A stretch of 63,891 nucleotides of DNA, filler included, from Octopus bimaculoides (lineage: Eukaryota), in assembly GCF_001194135.2 (NCBI RefSeq). It is 7 parts of 7 records of this genome, joined end to end, with 100 filler letters (N's around TTAATTAATTAA, not from the genome) between each part and the next. Parts side by side here need not be neighbours in the genome. Positions count along the whole stretch, not along the records: positions 51,812 to 59,169 come from NW_026347560.1; positions 59,270 to 61,783 come from NC_068997.1; positions 61,884 to 63,891 come from NC_068985.1; 4 more parts are not named here. One strand, 5' to 3'. The position numbers and the translations under genes were made by a program. Under the pieces are notes generated by a model that saw only the letters and a program-made list of their open reading frames with translations, was not told the origin of the DNA and did no database searches. The first letter of the stretch is position 1; the number at the start of each line of letters is the position of its first letter. Shown piece by piece: positions 52,110 to 63,535 of this stretch.

Positions 52110-53039
52110 GAATAGGTAGATTGATAGATAAGAAGATAACGTTCTATTTATGCATTTATCAATCTGTCTATGTCTGTATACTTGTAAACATGAATGTACT
52201 TCTATATATAGTTAAATATCTAGAAACCTTATACGCGCAAACAGAAATATATTGTGTATATATGCGTATATATGTGTATGTGGGTGTGTTTGTGTCCGTA
52301 TGTGTGTGTGTATATTTAAATATATATATATAAACATGCAAACTCAAACACACACACACACATGTATGCGTTCATATATATTTTGCTGTTATAAAATATA
52401 CACTAAAATGTCGTATGATTCCATAATGCAGGTATGTGGACAGCGTAGAGAAACACAGGTGTATCAAATACGTTGCAAAAAAATCAAAAAAATCTTGATT
52501 TATTAAAATTCTCTTCGGCTCACGATAATGTATTTACGTCAGTTACGACCGGCCCATCTTTAGAAAAGGAGATAAGCTCAAAGGAGCTAACCATACATGA
52601 TAGATTTTTGATATATTGAAACCCTTTTGAGACGCACGGTGTTTTGGTATGTGTAACCATAAATATCAAAATGTTTTTTTCTGTTGAGATTGAAAATGAT
52701 GGATGCGTGTAAAAAACAAAGGATAAAGTGCCTAAAACTTCTTTATCAATATGTAAAACTTTATATATTATATAATTTTATATTATATCTAATGAAAGAC
52801 GATCTCTGATTGACTATTACACCTCAAAACGTTCTTTTCATCGGTCGGATGGATCGTCCTCAAAATCCTTTCAGCCCCAGAGTTCTAAGACGGTTGAGAT
52901 TATTTGTACTTTCAGAGGATGTTTCTTAATTACCAAATCAAAATTAAGTCTAGATCCACTTGGAAATTGGAGACGATCTCAAGATTCAAAGATTATCCAT
53001 ACCTGACATGCCATTGGATAAAAGGGCAGGCTCATCGTC

Positions 53040-53609
53040 TGCGGATATTTACGTACCTCGTTTATAAATTAATTCAGTTCTTCGATTTTTCAGGCTAAAT
53101 ATATTTATTGCATTCTCATAGAAATGTTCGGCTTTAATCAGTTGTTGGAATAAACCTTTTTTCAATTGACGTAAGAGTCAAGCCTGAAAATCTTTTCTTA
53201 TCTGTGGTATTTCTTTAGTAAGTTTTAATTCTCTTCAATGCAGAAAAAGACCACTCTTCAGAGGCAGTTGGAGACGGAATTGTCGAAATAAGGCTGTAAA
53301 ACATTGAAGAGTTCTGACATAGCTTCAATCAGATCATTGATGTTTTAAATCACTGACATTTTGCTTTTTGAAATCTTGCATAGAATGCATTACATTTAGT
53401 TCTCTCTGTAATCAAATTATGTCAAAAAAAACAAAACAAGGCAAAAAAACTACTATAAGTGATTTTAAAGAATTGAAATCGTCCAATGGATATGCTTTAC
53501 GATATTCCTCACCTTTTCTGAAACTGAAAAGTTCCTTGAATTTAAGATTTTTTTAGGGTGAATATCGCGTTTTAAATTGGTCAACTATTATGTCAATAAT
53601 TGTGCTATA
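53040..53609 (-). mobile_element. hAT transposase C-terminal (dimerization) relic
   Basis: TIPSPTASEEWSFSALKRIKTY*RNTT..RFSGLTLTSIEK...KNRRTELIYK. Confidence 0.8.
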
Positions 53610-54230
53610 TAAGGCGGCGAGCTGGCAGAAACGTTAGCACGTCGGGCGAAATGCTTAGCGGTATTTCGTCTTTTACAACGTTCTGAGTTCAAATGCCATT
53701 GGGGTCAACCTTAACTTTCATCCTTTCGGGGTCGATAAATTAAGTACCAGTTGCGTACTGGAGTCGATCTAATCGACTGGGCTCCTCCCCCAAAATGTCA
53801 GGCCTTGTGCCTATAGCAGAAAGGATTATCATTATAAAGGTGGCGATGCTTAGCGGTATTTCGTTTGTTTTTACGTTCTGAGTTCAAATTCCCTTGAGGT
53901 CGACTTTGCCTTTCATCCTTTCGGGGGTTGATAAATTAAGTACCAGCTACGCACTGGGGTCGATGTAATCGACTTAATCCATTTGTCTGTCCTTGTTTGT
54001 TCCCTCTATGTTTAGCCCCTTGTGGGCAATAAAGAAATAAGAAACGTTAGCAGGCCGGGCGAAATGCTTAGCGGTATTTCGTCTGTCTTTACGTTCTGAG
54101 TTCAAATTCCGCCGAGGTCGACTTTGCCTTTCATCCTTTCGGGGTCAATAAATTAAGTACCATTTGCGTTCTGGGGTCGATCTAATCGACTGGGCCCCTT
54201 CCCCCAAATTTTGGGCCTAGAGTAGAAAAT
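53610..54230 (+). mobile_element. Trimeric S1 SINE inserted in the hAT relic, 15-bp TSD
   Basis: Units with tails B, A, B; aataatt(g/t)tgctata at 53595-609 and 54231-45. Confidence 0.9.
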
Positions 54231-54602
54231 AATAATTTTGCTATAGAGTATTCTATAACGTTGCTGGTGATCAATTAATTTATTCACGGATTTCTTAATT
54301 TCGATTGCTGCATCGATTCCATATTTCGCCACTAAAATATCATAAAATATTGAAACACCATGGAGTTTATTTTGGAGGACAGTTCTAGTTTTATCTATTT
54401 GCTCTTTACAATACACGATGTCGTGAGTTTTAATCCAAAGGATGTTAAATAAGACATCAATGAATGAGAATATGTCACTAAATACTTGTAATAAATTAAG
54501 AAAACCAGGAGCTTTTAAATTATATAGGAATCCAATTGTAGAAGCACCTAGATTGCAAGAAATAAGAGTTAAAAAACTCTTAATGCTGTAAGAAGCGCAC
54601 AA
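54231..54602 (-). mobile_element. hAT transposase middle region relic
   Basis: FLNLLQVFSDIFSFIDVLFNIL.IKTHDIVYC...YRILYSKII continues across the SINE into YSTIIDIIVDQF. Confidence 0.7.
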
Positions 54603-54610
54603 TATATATA

Positions 54611-54849
54611 CACCGACAGGGGAGATAACCGCTCCATGAGCGACTCTAGGATTACTAGACTAGACTAATTTCACCTATCAGTCGTAGGCTTGTCAATAGT
54701 GACTACTCAAAGGCTCGATTGTTATACCATAAAAATTTATGGCTGATTTAGCGTTTCAGTAGTCACTACTGACGAGCCTACGACTAATTGGCAAAACTAG
54801 TCTAGTGACGCTAGAGACGATCACACTGCAGTTACCTCCCCTGCCAGTG
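54611..54849. mobile_element. Palindromic element with TA-flanked ends and a decayed hammerhead in each arm
   Basis: cacc gacaggggagataac vs reverse complement of gttacctcccctgccagtg; HHR copies 54656-54703(-) and 54762-54809(+). Confidence 0.85.
54762..54809 (+). ncRNA. Type I hammerhead motif with G12A substitution
   Basis: GTCACTA CTGACGA gcc tacgactaatt ggc AAAAC ta GTC TAGTGAC; perfect 7-bp stem I. Confidence 0.7.
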
Positions 54850-55107
54850 TATATAGCTTGCGCACTTCTTACAGCATTAGGAGTTTTTAAACCTTATTTC
54901 TTAAAATATCGGTGCTTCGGCACCCGCAGTCACAATTAGTGACTATAAAAGTTTTCCTTTATGGTATTATATCGTGCCTAGCTGTTTATATTAATTTTTA
55001 CATGTATGTACCTATATATCTATATATACATATGTATGTATGTCTGTATGCATGTATGTATGTATGTCTGTATGTCTGTATGTATGTCTGTCTGTATGTA
55101 TGTATGT

Positions 55108-55499
55108 GGAGGCGCAATGGCCCAGTGGTTAGGGCAGCGGACTCGCGGTCATAGGATCGTGGTTTCGATTCCCAGACCGGGCGTTGTGAGTGTTTATTGA
55201 GCGAAAATACCTAAAGCTCCACGAGGCTCCGGCAGGGGATGGTGGTGAACCCTGCTGTACTCTTCCACCACAACTTTCTCTCACTCTTACTTCCTGTTTC
55301 TGTTGTGCCTGTAATTCAAAGGGTCAGCCTTGTCACACTGTGTCACGCTGAATATCCCCGAGAACTACGTTAAGGGTACACGTGTCTGTGGAGTGCTCAG
55401 CCACTTGCACGTTAATTTCACGAGCAGGCTGTTCCGTTGATCGGATCAACTGGAACCCTCGACGTCGTAAGCGACGGAGTGCCAACAACAACAACAACA
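55108..55499 (+). mobile_element. S4 SINE inserted in (TATG)n
   Basis: Closely matches 37740-38123; (CAA)n tail. Confidence 0.92.
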
Positions 55500-55594
55500 T
55501 GTATGTATGTATGTATGTATGTATGTATGTATGTATGTATGTATGTATGTATGTATGTATGTAGGTAGGTATGTATGCATGTATGCATGTATGC

Positions 55595-55658
<64 letters not shown>

Positions 55659-55941
55659 GTGTTTGCTTGTGCGTGTATGCGTGTGTGTGTGCGTGTGTGT
55701 GCCTGTGTGTACGTGCGTGTTCTGCGCAGCTCAACAGCAGAGATACCATCTTCCAAATTCTACTTCTTATTCACATCGCACTGATTATAAGCACTGATCT
55801 TGATGTAAATATGAGGTATACTTTCAACAGTCATGTACGAAATAATATCTTTAAAACTTTGTCGTGCATGAGAACATATGTTTTGTGCACGAGTGTCTTA
55901 TCAGTAAAGCGGTCTTTATTTAGTCGTCTGGTAAATTTATT

Positions 55942-56072
55942 TTAAACACATAGCGTGCCTTGGGAACAGTGAATACAAGGGAAATAATCATTTCTACGTA
56001 AATGCTTGGCGCGATTAGAAGCTTGAATTTCAAATTAAGGGAAGATAGAATACACATTTTCAATTATCATCA

Positions 56073-56113
<41 letters not shown>
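55942..56113 (+). repeat. Block exactly duplicated at 56636-56798
   Basis: Identical ~130 bp of unique sequence plus (ATC)/(ATT)n. Confidence 0.95.
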
Positions 56114-56114
<1 letters not shown>

Positions 56115-56145
56115 GTCAAGACGAAGAGTGCGATTTTAGATTGAG

Positions 56146-56415
56146 ATGATTGATTTTATGGTACACAGAATAAGAATTGGAACATACAGAAATTCTAGAA
56201 GTCACCAAAGCAGCCGGGTGTCTAAGGAAAATCGTAATGTAAATTACAGCTTTTGCGTTTTATTCCTTCTCACAGTTGGCTTGTCAGCCCTGTTAGTTTC
56301 GCTAGACCCCAGTGTTGAACCCAATCCTGGACCAATGGACTTCGTACCATTCAAATATGAATCAGAAATTGAGAAATCGACATTTCTGTCAGTGAAAAAA
56401 CTTAATCGTTTTCGT
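56146..56415 (+). CDS. ORF start with hydrophobic stretch and 2A-like motif, probably retroelement-derived; truncated by gap
   Basis: FCVLFLLTVGLSALLVSLDPSVEPNPGP-MDF...; motif at 56305-56334. Confidence 0.45.
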
Positions 56416-56766
56416 NNNNNNNNNNNNNNNNNNNNNNNNNNNNNNNNNNNNNNNNNNNNNNNNNNNNNNNNNNNNNNNNNNNNNNNNNNNNNNNNNNNNN
56501 NNNNNNNNNNNNNNNNNNNNNNNNNNNNNNNNNNNNNNNNNNNNNNNNNNNNNNNNNNNNNNNNNNNNNNNNNNNNNNNNNNNNNNNNNNNNNNNNNNNN
56601 NNNNNNNNNNNNNNNNNNNNNNNNNNNNNNNNNNNTTAAACACATAGCGTGCCTTGGGAACAGTGAATACAAGGGAAATAATCATTTCTACGTAAATGCT
56701 TGGCGCGATTAGAAGCTTGAATTTCAAATTAAGGGAAGATAGAATACACATTTTCAATTATCATCA

Positions 56767-56798
<32 letters not shown>

Positions 56799-57125
56799 GT
56801 TCAGTAGTTTTATTTTTATAACGTGCTTTCACTTCACTACCGAGCGCAGCTCTGTGTGCCTTGGGTATGTGCTGTGGTTTGTTGTAATGCTCTTATGGTT
56901 ACTGTATTGAAAGTGTTTTGCGTAGGATGTGTGCAATGCCCAGTATTGCAATTTTCTGTATGTTATATATATTTGTAAGTCCTGGTGTTTTTGTTATGTA
57001 TTTGTCTGAATATTTTTTTATTATACCTAAGGCACCTACTATGATAGGAATTGTTTCTGTTTTTAGATTCCACATTCGAGTTACCTCTATTTCCAGGTCT
57101 TTGTATTTTGAAAGTTCTCCATTTC
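56799..57125 (-). mobile_element. R4-type RLE LINE 3' end with (TAA)n tail
   Basis: LSKYKDLEIEVTRMWNLKTETIPIIVGALG...IQKIAILGIAHILRKTL, then 3' UTR into (TAA)n. Confidence 0.9.
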
Positions 57126-57179
57126 TGCCAATTCGTTTGTAGTGTCCCACCGTGACACGGAGGAAAAAAAGACATCCAG

Positions 57180-57182
57180 TAC

Positions 57183-57223
<41 letters not shown>

Positions 57224-57650
57224 ATGGTGACACGGAGGAAAAAAGACATCCAGTAGTAGTAGTAGTAGTAGTGGTAGTAGTAGTAGTAGTGGTAGTGGTG
57301 GTGGTGGTGGTAGTAGTAGTAGTGGTAGTGGTGGTGGTGGTGGTAGTAGTAGTAGTAGTAGTGGTAGTGGTGATGGTGCTGGAGGTGGTGGAAATGGTAG
57401 TAGTAGTAGAAGTACTGATGGTGGAGGTGGTGGTGTTGGTGGTAGTAGTAGTGATGATGGTGGTGCAGGTGGCAATAGTAGTAGTAGTAATGGTGGGGGG
57501 GATGTAGTACTTGTAGCAGTAGAAGCAGTGGTAGTAGTGGTGGCGGTGGTAGTAGTAGTAGTAGTAGTTAGTTATTTGCAAATAAAATCCTGTCGTCATC
57601 ATCATAGTCATTATCATCATCATCGTCGTCATCATCGTCGTCATCTTTTA
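57180..57650. repeat. Compound trinucleotide tract (TAG)n/(TGG)n/(CAT)n
   Basis: Visible tandem units. Confidence 0.9.
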
Positions 57651-57817
57651 CGCGGCTTATTTTCGATCGAGAGAGAACTTGCTTGGTGGCGCCACTGACA
57701 CATCGTTTAACAGGTGCGCAGACACTAATAACAATAACAACAATAATAATAATAATATGAACACAGGTGAAAATATATGTAACACAGGTGCTAGAAACTT
57801 ACATTCAAATAACTGTT

Positions 57818-57877
<60 letters not shown>

Positions 57878-59339
57878 TATGTTGGCAGCTGATGAAGGAA
57901 ATNNNNNNNNNNNNNNNNNNNNNNNNNNNNNNNNNNNNNNNNNNNNNNNNNNNNNNNNNNNNNNNNNNNNNNNNNNNNNNNNNNNNNNNNNNNNNNNNNN
58001 NNNNNNNNNNNNNNNNNNNNNNNNNNNNNNNNNNNNNNNNNNNNNNNNNNNNNNNNNNNNNNNNNNNNNNNNNNNNNNNNNNNNNNNNNNNNNNNNNNNN
58101 NNNNNNNNNNNNNNNNNNNNNNNNNNNNNNNNNNNNNNNNNNNNNNNNNNNNNNNNNNNNNNNNNNNNNNNNNNNNNNNNNNNNNNNNNNNNNNNNNNNN
58201 NNNNNNNNNNNNNNNNNNNNNNNNNNNNNNNNNNNNNNNNNNNNNNNNNNNNNNNNNNNNNNNNNNNNNNNNNNNNNNNNNNNNNNNNNNNNNNNNNNNN
58301 NNNNNNNNNNNNNNNNNNNNNNNNNNNNNNNNNNNNNNNNNNNNNNNNNNNNNNNNNNNNNNNNNNNNNNNNNNNNNNNNNNNNNNNNNNNNNNNNNNNN
58401 NNNNNNNNNNNNNNNNNNNNNNNNNNNNNNNNNNNNNNNNNNNNNNNNNNNNNNNNNNNNNNNNNNNNNNNNNNNNNNNNNNNNNNNATATATATATATA
58501 TATATATATATATACTGTATATAAAACAGAGACGAGTGTGTAATCGCTTATCACGTGAAAACGGCTTCACCATTTACTTCCATACTTGTGATGCATGAAT
58601 AATTTGACCTCGGATAAATCTTAGGCTCTTCATTTGATTTTTTTAATTAAAAATAAATAATATTGATTTATATTTATGATTCACTTCTTTAAAAAGGTTC
58701 CTCAATGTCAACTTCCGGTATTGACGTAACAACGGCTTACATACTTGTGATGCAGTGTCAACTTCCGGTATTGCGGGCGCGCATACACACTTGTGTCTTT
58801 GTAAATATGTTTGTATACATTTATGTGTGTGTTTGTAAGAGACAGAGTGTGAGTGAGAGAGAGAGAGGTTTGTTGTCATATGCATCCATCATTTTTGGAT
58901 GTATGTGTGCGTGTGAGTGTGTGTGTGAGACAGAGTGAGAGCGGTGTGTATGTAGTATTTACTCCCTCTCTCTCTCTCATACACACACACTCACACACAC
59001 AAAGATGTATGCATATTTATGCATGTACGTATACATGACAACAAACCTCTATCTCTCTCTCACTCTATCTCTCTCACTCTATCTCTCTCTCTCTCTCTCT
59101 CTCTGTCACACACACACAGACGTCCATTTCATCTGATGTGTAATACTGTGTGTGTGTGTGTGTGTGTGTNNNNNNNNNNNNNNNNNNNNNNNNNNNNNNN
59201 NNNNNNNNNNNNNTTAATTAATTAANNNNNNNNNNNNNNNNNNNNNNNNNNNNNNNNNNNNNNNNNNNNCGAACCAACCTAAGTGCTGGATTTGTATTTT
59301 TATTTACCTAACCTGAAATGAAGAAAGACAAAATTGATA

Positions 59340-59505
59340 TTATTTTCTACTCTAGGCACAAGACCCGAAATCTTTGGGGAGGGGGCCAGTCGATTAGATC
59401 GACCCCAGTACGGAACTGGTACTTAATTTATCGACCTCGAAAAGATGAAAGGCAACATCGACCTCAGCGGAATTTGAACTCAGAAGTAAAGACAGACGAA
59501 ATTGA
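59340..59505 (-). mobile_element. S1 SINE (tail B) fragment
   Basis: gtcgattagatcgaccccagta..ggtacttaatttatcgac...ggaatttgaactcagaa. Confidence 0.85.
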
Positions 59506-60931
59506 TATAGGCGGAATTCAGCGCACAGTGATACTGAACGAATATTGCTACTCATTTCATCGGACGCTGTAACGAATCTTCTAGTTCCACACCTTAAGTA
59601 TACACCCCCTCTCCCGCAACCCACCCCCACAAATACTTGAAATTATTCTTAACGATATAGGTATACCGTTGTGCAAACCTGAAACAAGGAATGGAATATA
59701 GGAAAGAGAGAGAGAGAGAGAGAGAGCAATAAAAGAGAGAGAATAATGAAAGCAAGAAAGAATTAATTATTTATCGAAAATGATTATGCGATATTTTTGG
59801 TAATAACTCACAGGTAAGGAAATAAGCGTTTCATGAACTGAATAATAAACAGAAGGTTATATTATTTATGACAGAGGTGAGGTTAGTTGCGCCGTTTAAT
59901 CCGGAAATAACGTTAAGGGATTAAAAATAAAAATTGCTTAAAAATGGCTGGTAGTTATATATAAGAGGCGATTAAAATTGGAAGGGATCACTTCGGGGCA
60001 AAATATAAATGATATTTATTGTTAATGGGACGCAAAATGTGGAAGTGCAAGAAGACAAAGATTTAGGAGGAGATGAAAGCTTGTTGTTCCAATTGAAAAG
60101 ATAAGCAGTTAAGTATGTGAGTAAATAAACAGTACGGTATATAACTACACACACCCATGGATGCGCACACACACTCACACACAAATACACATACGAATAT
60201 ATGTATATACGTATANNNNNNNNNNNNNNNNNNNNNNNNNNNNNNNNNNNNNNNNNNNNNNNNNNNNNNNNNNNNNNNNNNNNNNNNNNNNNNNNNNNNN
60301 NNNNNNNNNNNNNNNNNNNNNNNNNNNNNNNNNNNNNNNNNNNNNNNNNNNNNNNNNNNNNNNNNNNNNNNNNNNNNNNNNNNNNNNNNNNNNNNNNNNN
60401 NNNNNNNNNNNNNNNNNNNNNNNNNNNNNNNNNNNNNNNNNNNNNNNNNNNNNNNNNNNNNNNNNNNNNNNNNNNNNNNNNNNNNNNNNNNNNNNNNNNN
60501 NNNNNNNNNNNNNNNNNNNNNNNNNNNNNNNNNNATATATTTATATACATATATTATATGCAAATATACCTACGTGCATAAGTACATTTATATACACACA
60601 CACTCACAGACACATTCACACACCCATATATGAATACAGACATATATAGAAACATATATATATATATATTTCGGTATTCATATATATACTTACATATATA
60701 CATACATGCATACATACAAGTATGTATAAATGGATGTGTGTATTTTCCCCTTGTTTACAATTAACACGGATAAAATAAATAAACAGTTACCAGGGCTGCA
60801 AAAAAATCACACCAGTAATAAGGACGTAACACCCTGTTTGTAAAAGTAGAAACTCCGGTTTGATGTGAAATATTTTGTATAATATATACCAATAAATTGA
60901 GTTAAATGCAGGTGTTATTCAAATTCTTTTA

Positions 60932-61019
60932 CTTCCGACATATGTTTCGAAGACAACATTGGTATTATTCCAGAAGGAATAAAATGGTGTAAAGCAATGT
61001 AATCTTCTCATCAGGGAAA
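60932..61019 (-). ncRNA. Type I hammerhead ribozyme with fully canonical core
   Basis: tttcc CTGATGA gaaga ... tcttc GAAAC atat GTC ggaag on the minus strand. Confidence 0.85.
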
Positions 61020-61617
61020 CAAATAAAGAAACCAAACTCATCAATAAGGCATTTTAACAGAATGTGATAAATGTATATAATGATGAACGGAACGCTAATT
61101 TAAAAAAAAACAACCGTAGGTAGATATAACGTCAAAGATAGCCTATAGAAAGAGAAGGGGTAAAAGAAAAAATAAGCAAAAAACTAATAAAGGAGAAATA
61201 TAGAGCGATATGTGAATTAAAATAAAAACTTAAAGGCTTGAAAATAGATATATCTAGTGGAAGTGAAATGTAAGAAGAAAATCAATGTTCACAAATTATA
61301 TAGAATGGTAGAATTCACTTATATGAACTAAAGGTATGTTTCTGCCAATGTTTACATCGATAAGCACGCTCTATAAACGTGATTACAAGGGGATTCTTAG
61401 AAAATAAAATATAAAGGAACTCACTATTACAGTGTTGGCAGAATTCCTTGCCTTCATTGTATCGGATTGAAATGGAGAGAATCAACCAACCTAAATTAAA
61501 TTGTTTATTATGATCTTTTATATGCCAAATTAATTTACTAAGCCTTGTACTATTGCGTTTATTACTATTCCTAAATGTAGAGTAATGATTAGAAATTCTT
61601 TTAGATAACTTTTATAG

Positions 61618-61783
61618 GCACAGGAGTGGCTGTGTGGTAAGTAGCTTGCTTACCAACCACATGGTTCCGGGTTCATTCCCACTGCGTAGCACCTTGGACA
61701 AGTGTCTTCTACTATAGCCTCAGGCCGATCAAAGCCTTGTGAGTGGAATTGGTAGACGGAAACTGAAGGAAGCCGTCGTATAT
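61618..61783 (+). mobile_element. S2 (OR-like CORE) SINE head
   Basis: ggcacaggagtggctgtgtggtaag A box, ggttcattccc B box, caccttggacaagtgtcttc CORE-like domain. Confidence 0.9.
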
Positions 61784-63535
61784 NNNNNNNNNNNNNNNNN
61801 NNNNNNNNNNNNNNNNNNNNNNNNNNNTTAATTAATTAANNNNNNNNNNNNNNNNNNNNNNNNNNNNNNNNNNNNNNNNNNNNTATATATATATATATAT
61901 ATATATAACTTATATGTAAAAAGTTAAAGGTTGCACACAAATAAATATATATTGAGAAAATAAGAAAATATAAGGGAAGTATGTACTGGTTTCAGTTGTT
62001 TAAGATAACTTCTTTGTGCTAGAGTAAATTGAAAGAAAAATTTACATAAATTAAACTTTCATAATATCAGTTCTGGAAGATTACATAGTCATATTTTTCA
62101 TGTGAAAATCTCATGGTGCTGTATTTCACAGTCCTTCTGATTGTTACTTATCAGTGCTAAAGAGTTATAACCTCTAATCAATTCTGTCTCTTTGAATTAT
62201 ATTATCACAAGTTAACTCCATCATTTTATTTGGGCCTGATGAGAGATACATAGGAAATATAAGCATTAAGTAATTGTCCACAGATGTAGATTTTGTAACT
62301 TAGGGGTACCCTAACTGAGCCAGTAGACTATACTATTAATAACATTCAGCTCTATTAGCTCTATATAATGTTCTTTCTATTGTCTTTCTGCAGAAACTTT
62401 TGATATGACATATATATCTCTATATTTTGTCATTTTTCTTTTCTCTTCATCATGTTACATTGTCTTCTTTAATGTCTTTCACTCATCATCACTTGTGTGT
62501 AAAAACAATATTCCCCACTCTCTCATTATTTACTTTAGACTCTCTTGACTTTGTTTTCTTTTCTTATCGCTTCCAAGAATGTTACTGGTTCTTATTTCAG
62601 CTATTTTCATTCGTATCAAACTGCTAATATCATAAATGAAAAACATGCTCAGATAAACTCTGATTTCTGTTTCCCTCCTCTCTTCAATTTTACCACATTC
62701 ATTCATCCAGTACTACCTTGGTGTACTTTGGTGTTCTACTCTGCTAAATTTGACTAGCACATGTTAAATTGTTCTTTTTAATATTCTTCTCTCTCACATA
62801 AAACTTTGAGGTTTGCTTGTTCATGATATTCCCACCCAAACTCGTTCCCATCACCTGTACTGGAAATCTTTCTTCTCTCTTTTGATAAGTATATAACACC
62901 TCCATTTCCCACCCTCTATGACTGTTTATATTGTTCTCTAGATTATGTACATCATTTACCAGATGCAGTTACCCCATATTTTCCTCCTTCTATACCAGGA
63001 TCCAGACAATGATGGTTCTTAATGTCTTAGTAAACACCCATAGCAACAGTAAAGTTAATGATATTAAGAATTTATTGATAACTAGCAGAGGTGTTAACAC
63101 TTTGTTATTCTAAGAACACTTATTTACTAGTCTAACAATCAGTGCTGTTGAATCTTTTTTGGAAAACTTACAGAATTCCATGCCAAAACATACCAAAATT
63201 CACAAAAATGTACAAAATATTTTTGAAATATATCACAACTGCAAAAATAGAGAAAAATACTGTCTTTTTCTTAGAAAATTTGAAATATATAGGTGTATAA
63301 TGACTTGAAATTGGTGAAAATACATATAAAAAAAGAAAGAATATTGAAATTTAAAATGTAGAATACAGTCAGTTTTTCAGTAAAAAACATTCCAAACTGT
63401 ACAAACTTACCAACTAAGGCAGCGCTGCTAACGAGTCCTCCAGGTGAAGTCATGCCACAGAGAGTGTTTACCTCTGTGATTAGTTGCTCGACATCGCAAA
63501 ACTTACACAAACATGAAATTACAACNNNNNNNNNN

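Noticed and set aside
57087-57644. Poly-T/V/P ORFs resembling mucins
   Set aside because: Trinucleotide tract translations next to a retroelement end
57887-57902. gcagCTGATGAaggaaat running into a gap
   Set aside because: Could be another HHR start, but the rest is unsequenced
62420-63260. Purine-rich minus-strand region that may be a degraded TE or Helitron 3' end
   Set aside because: No motif I could identify and no clear terminal hairpin
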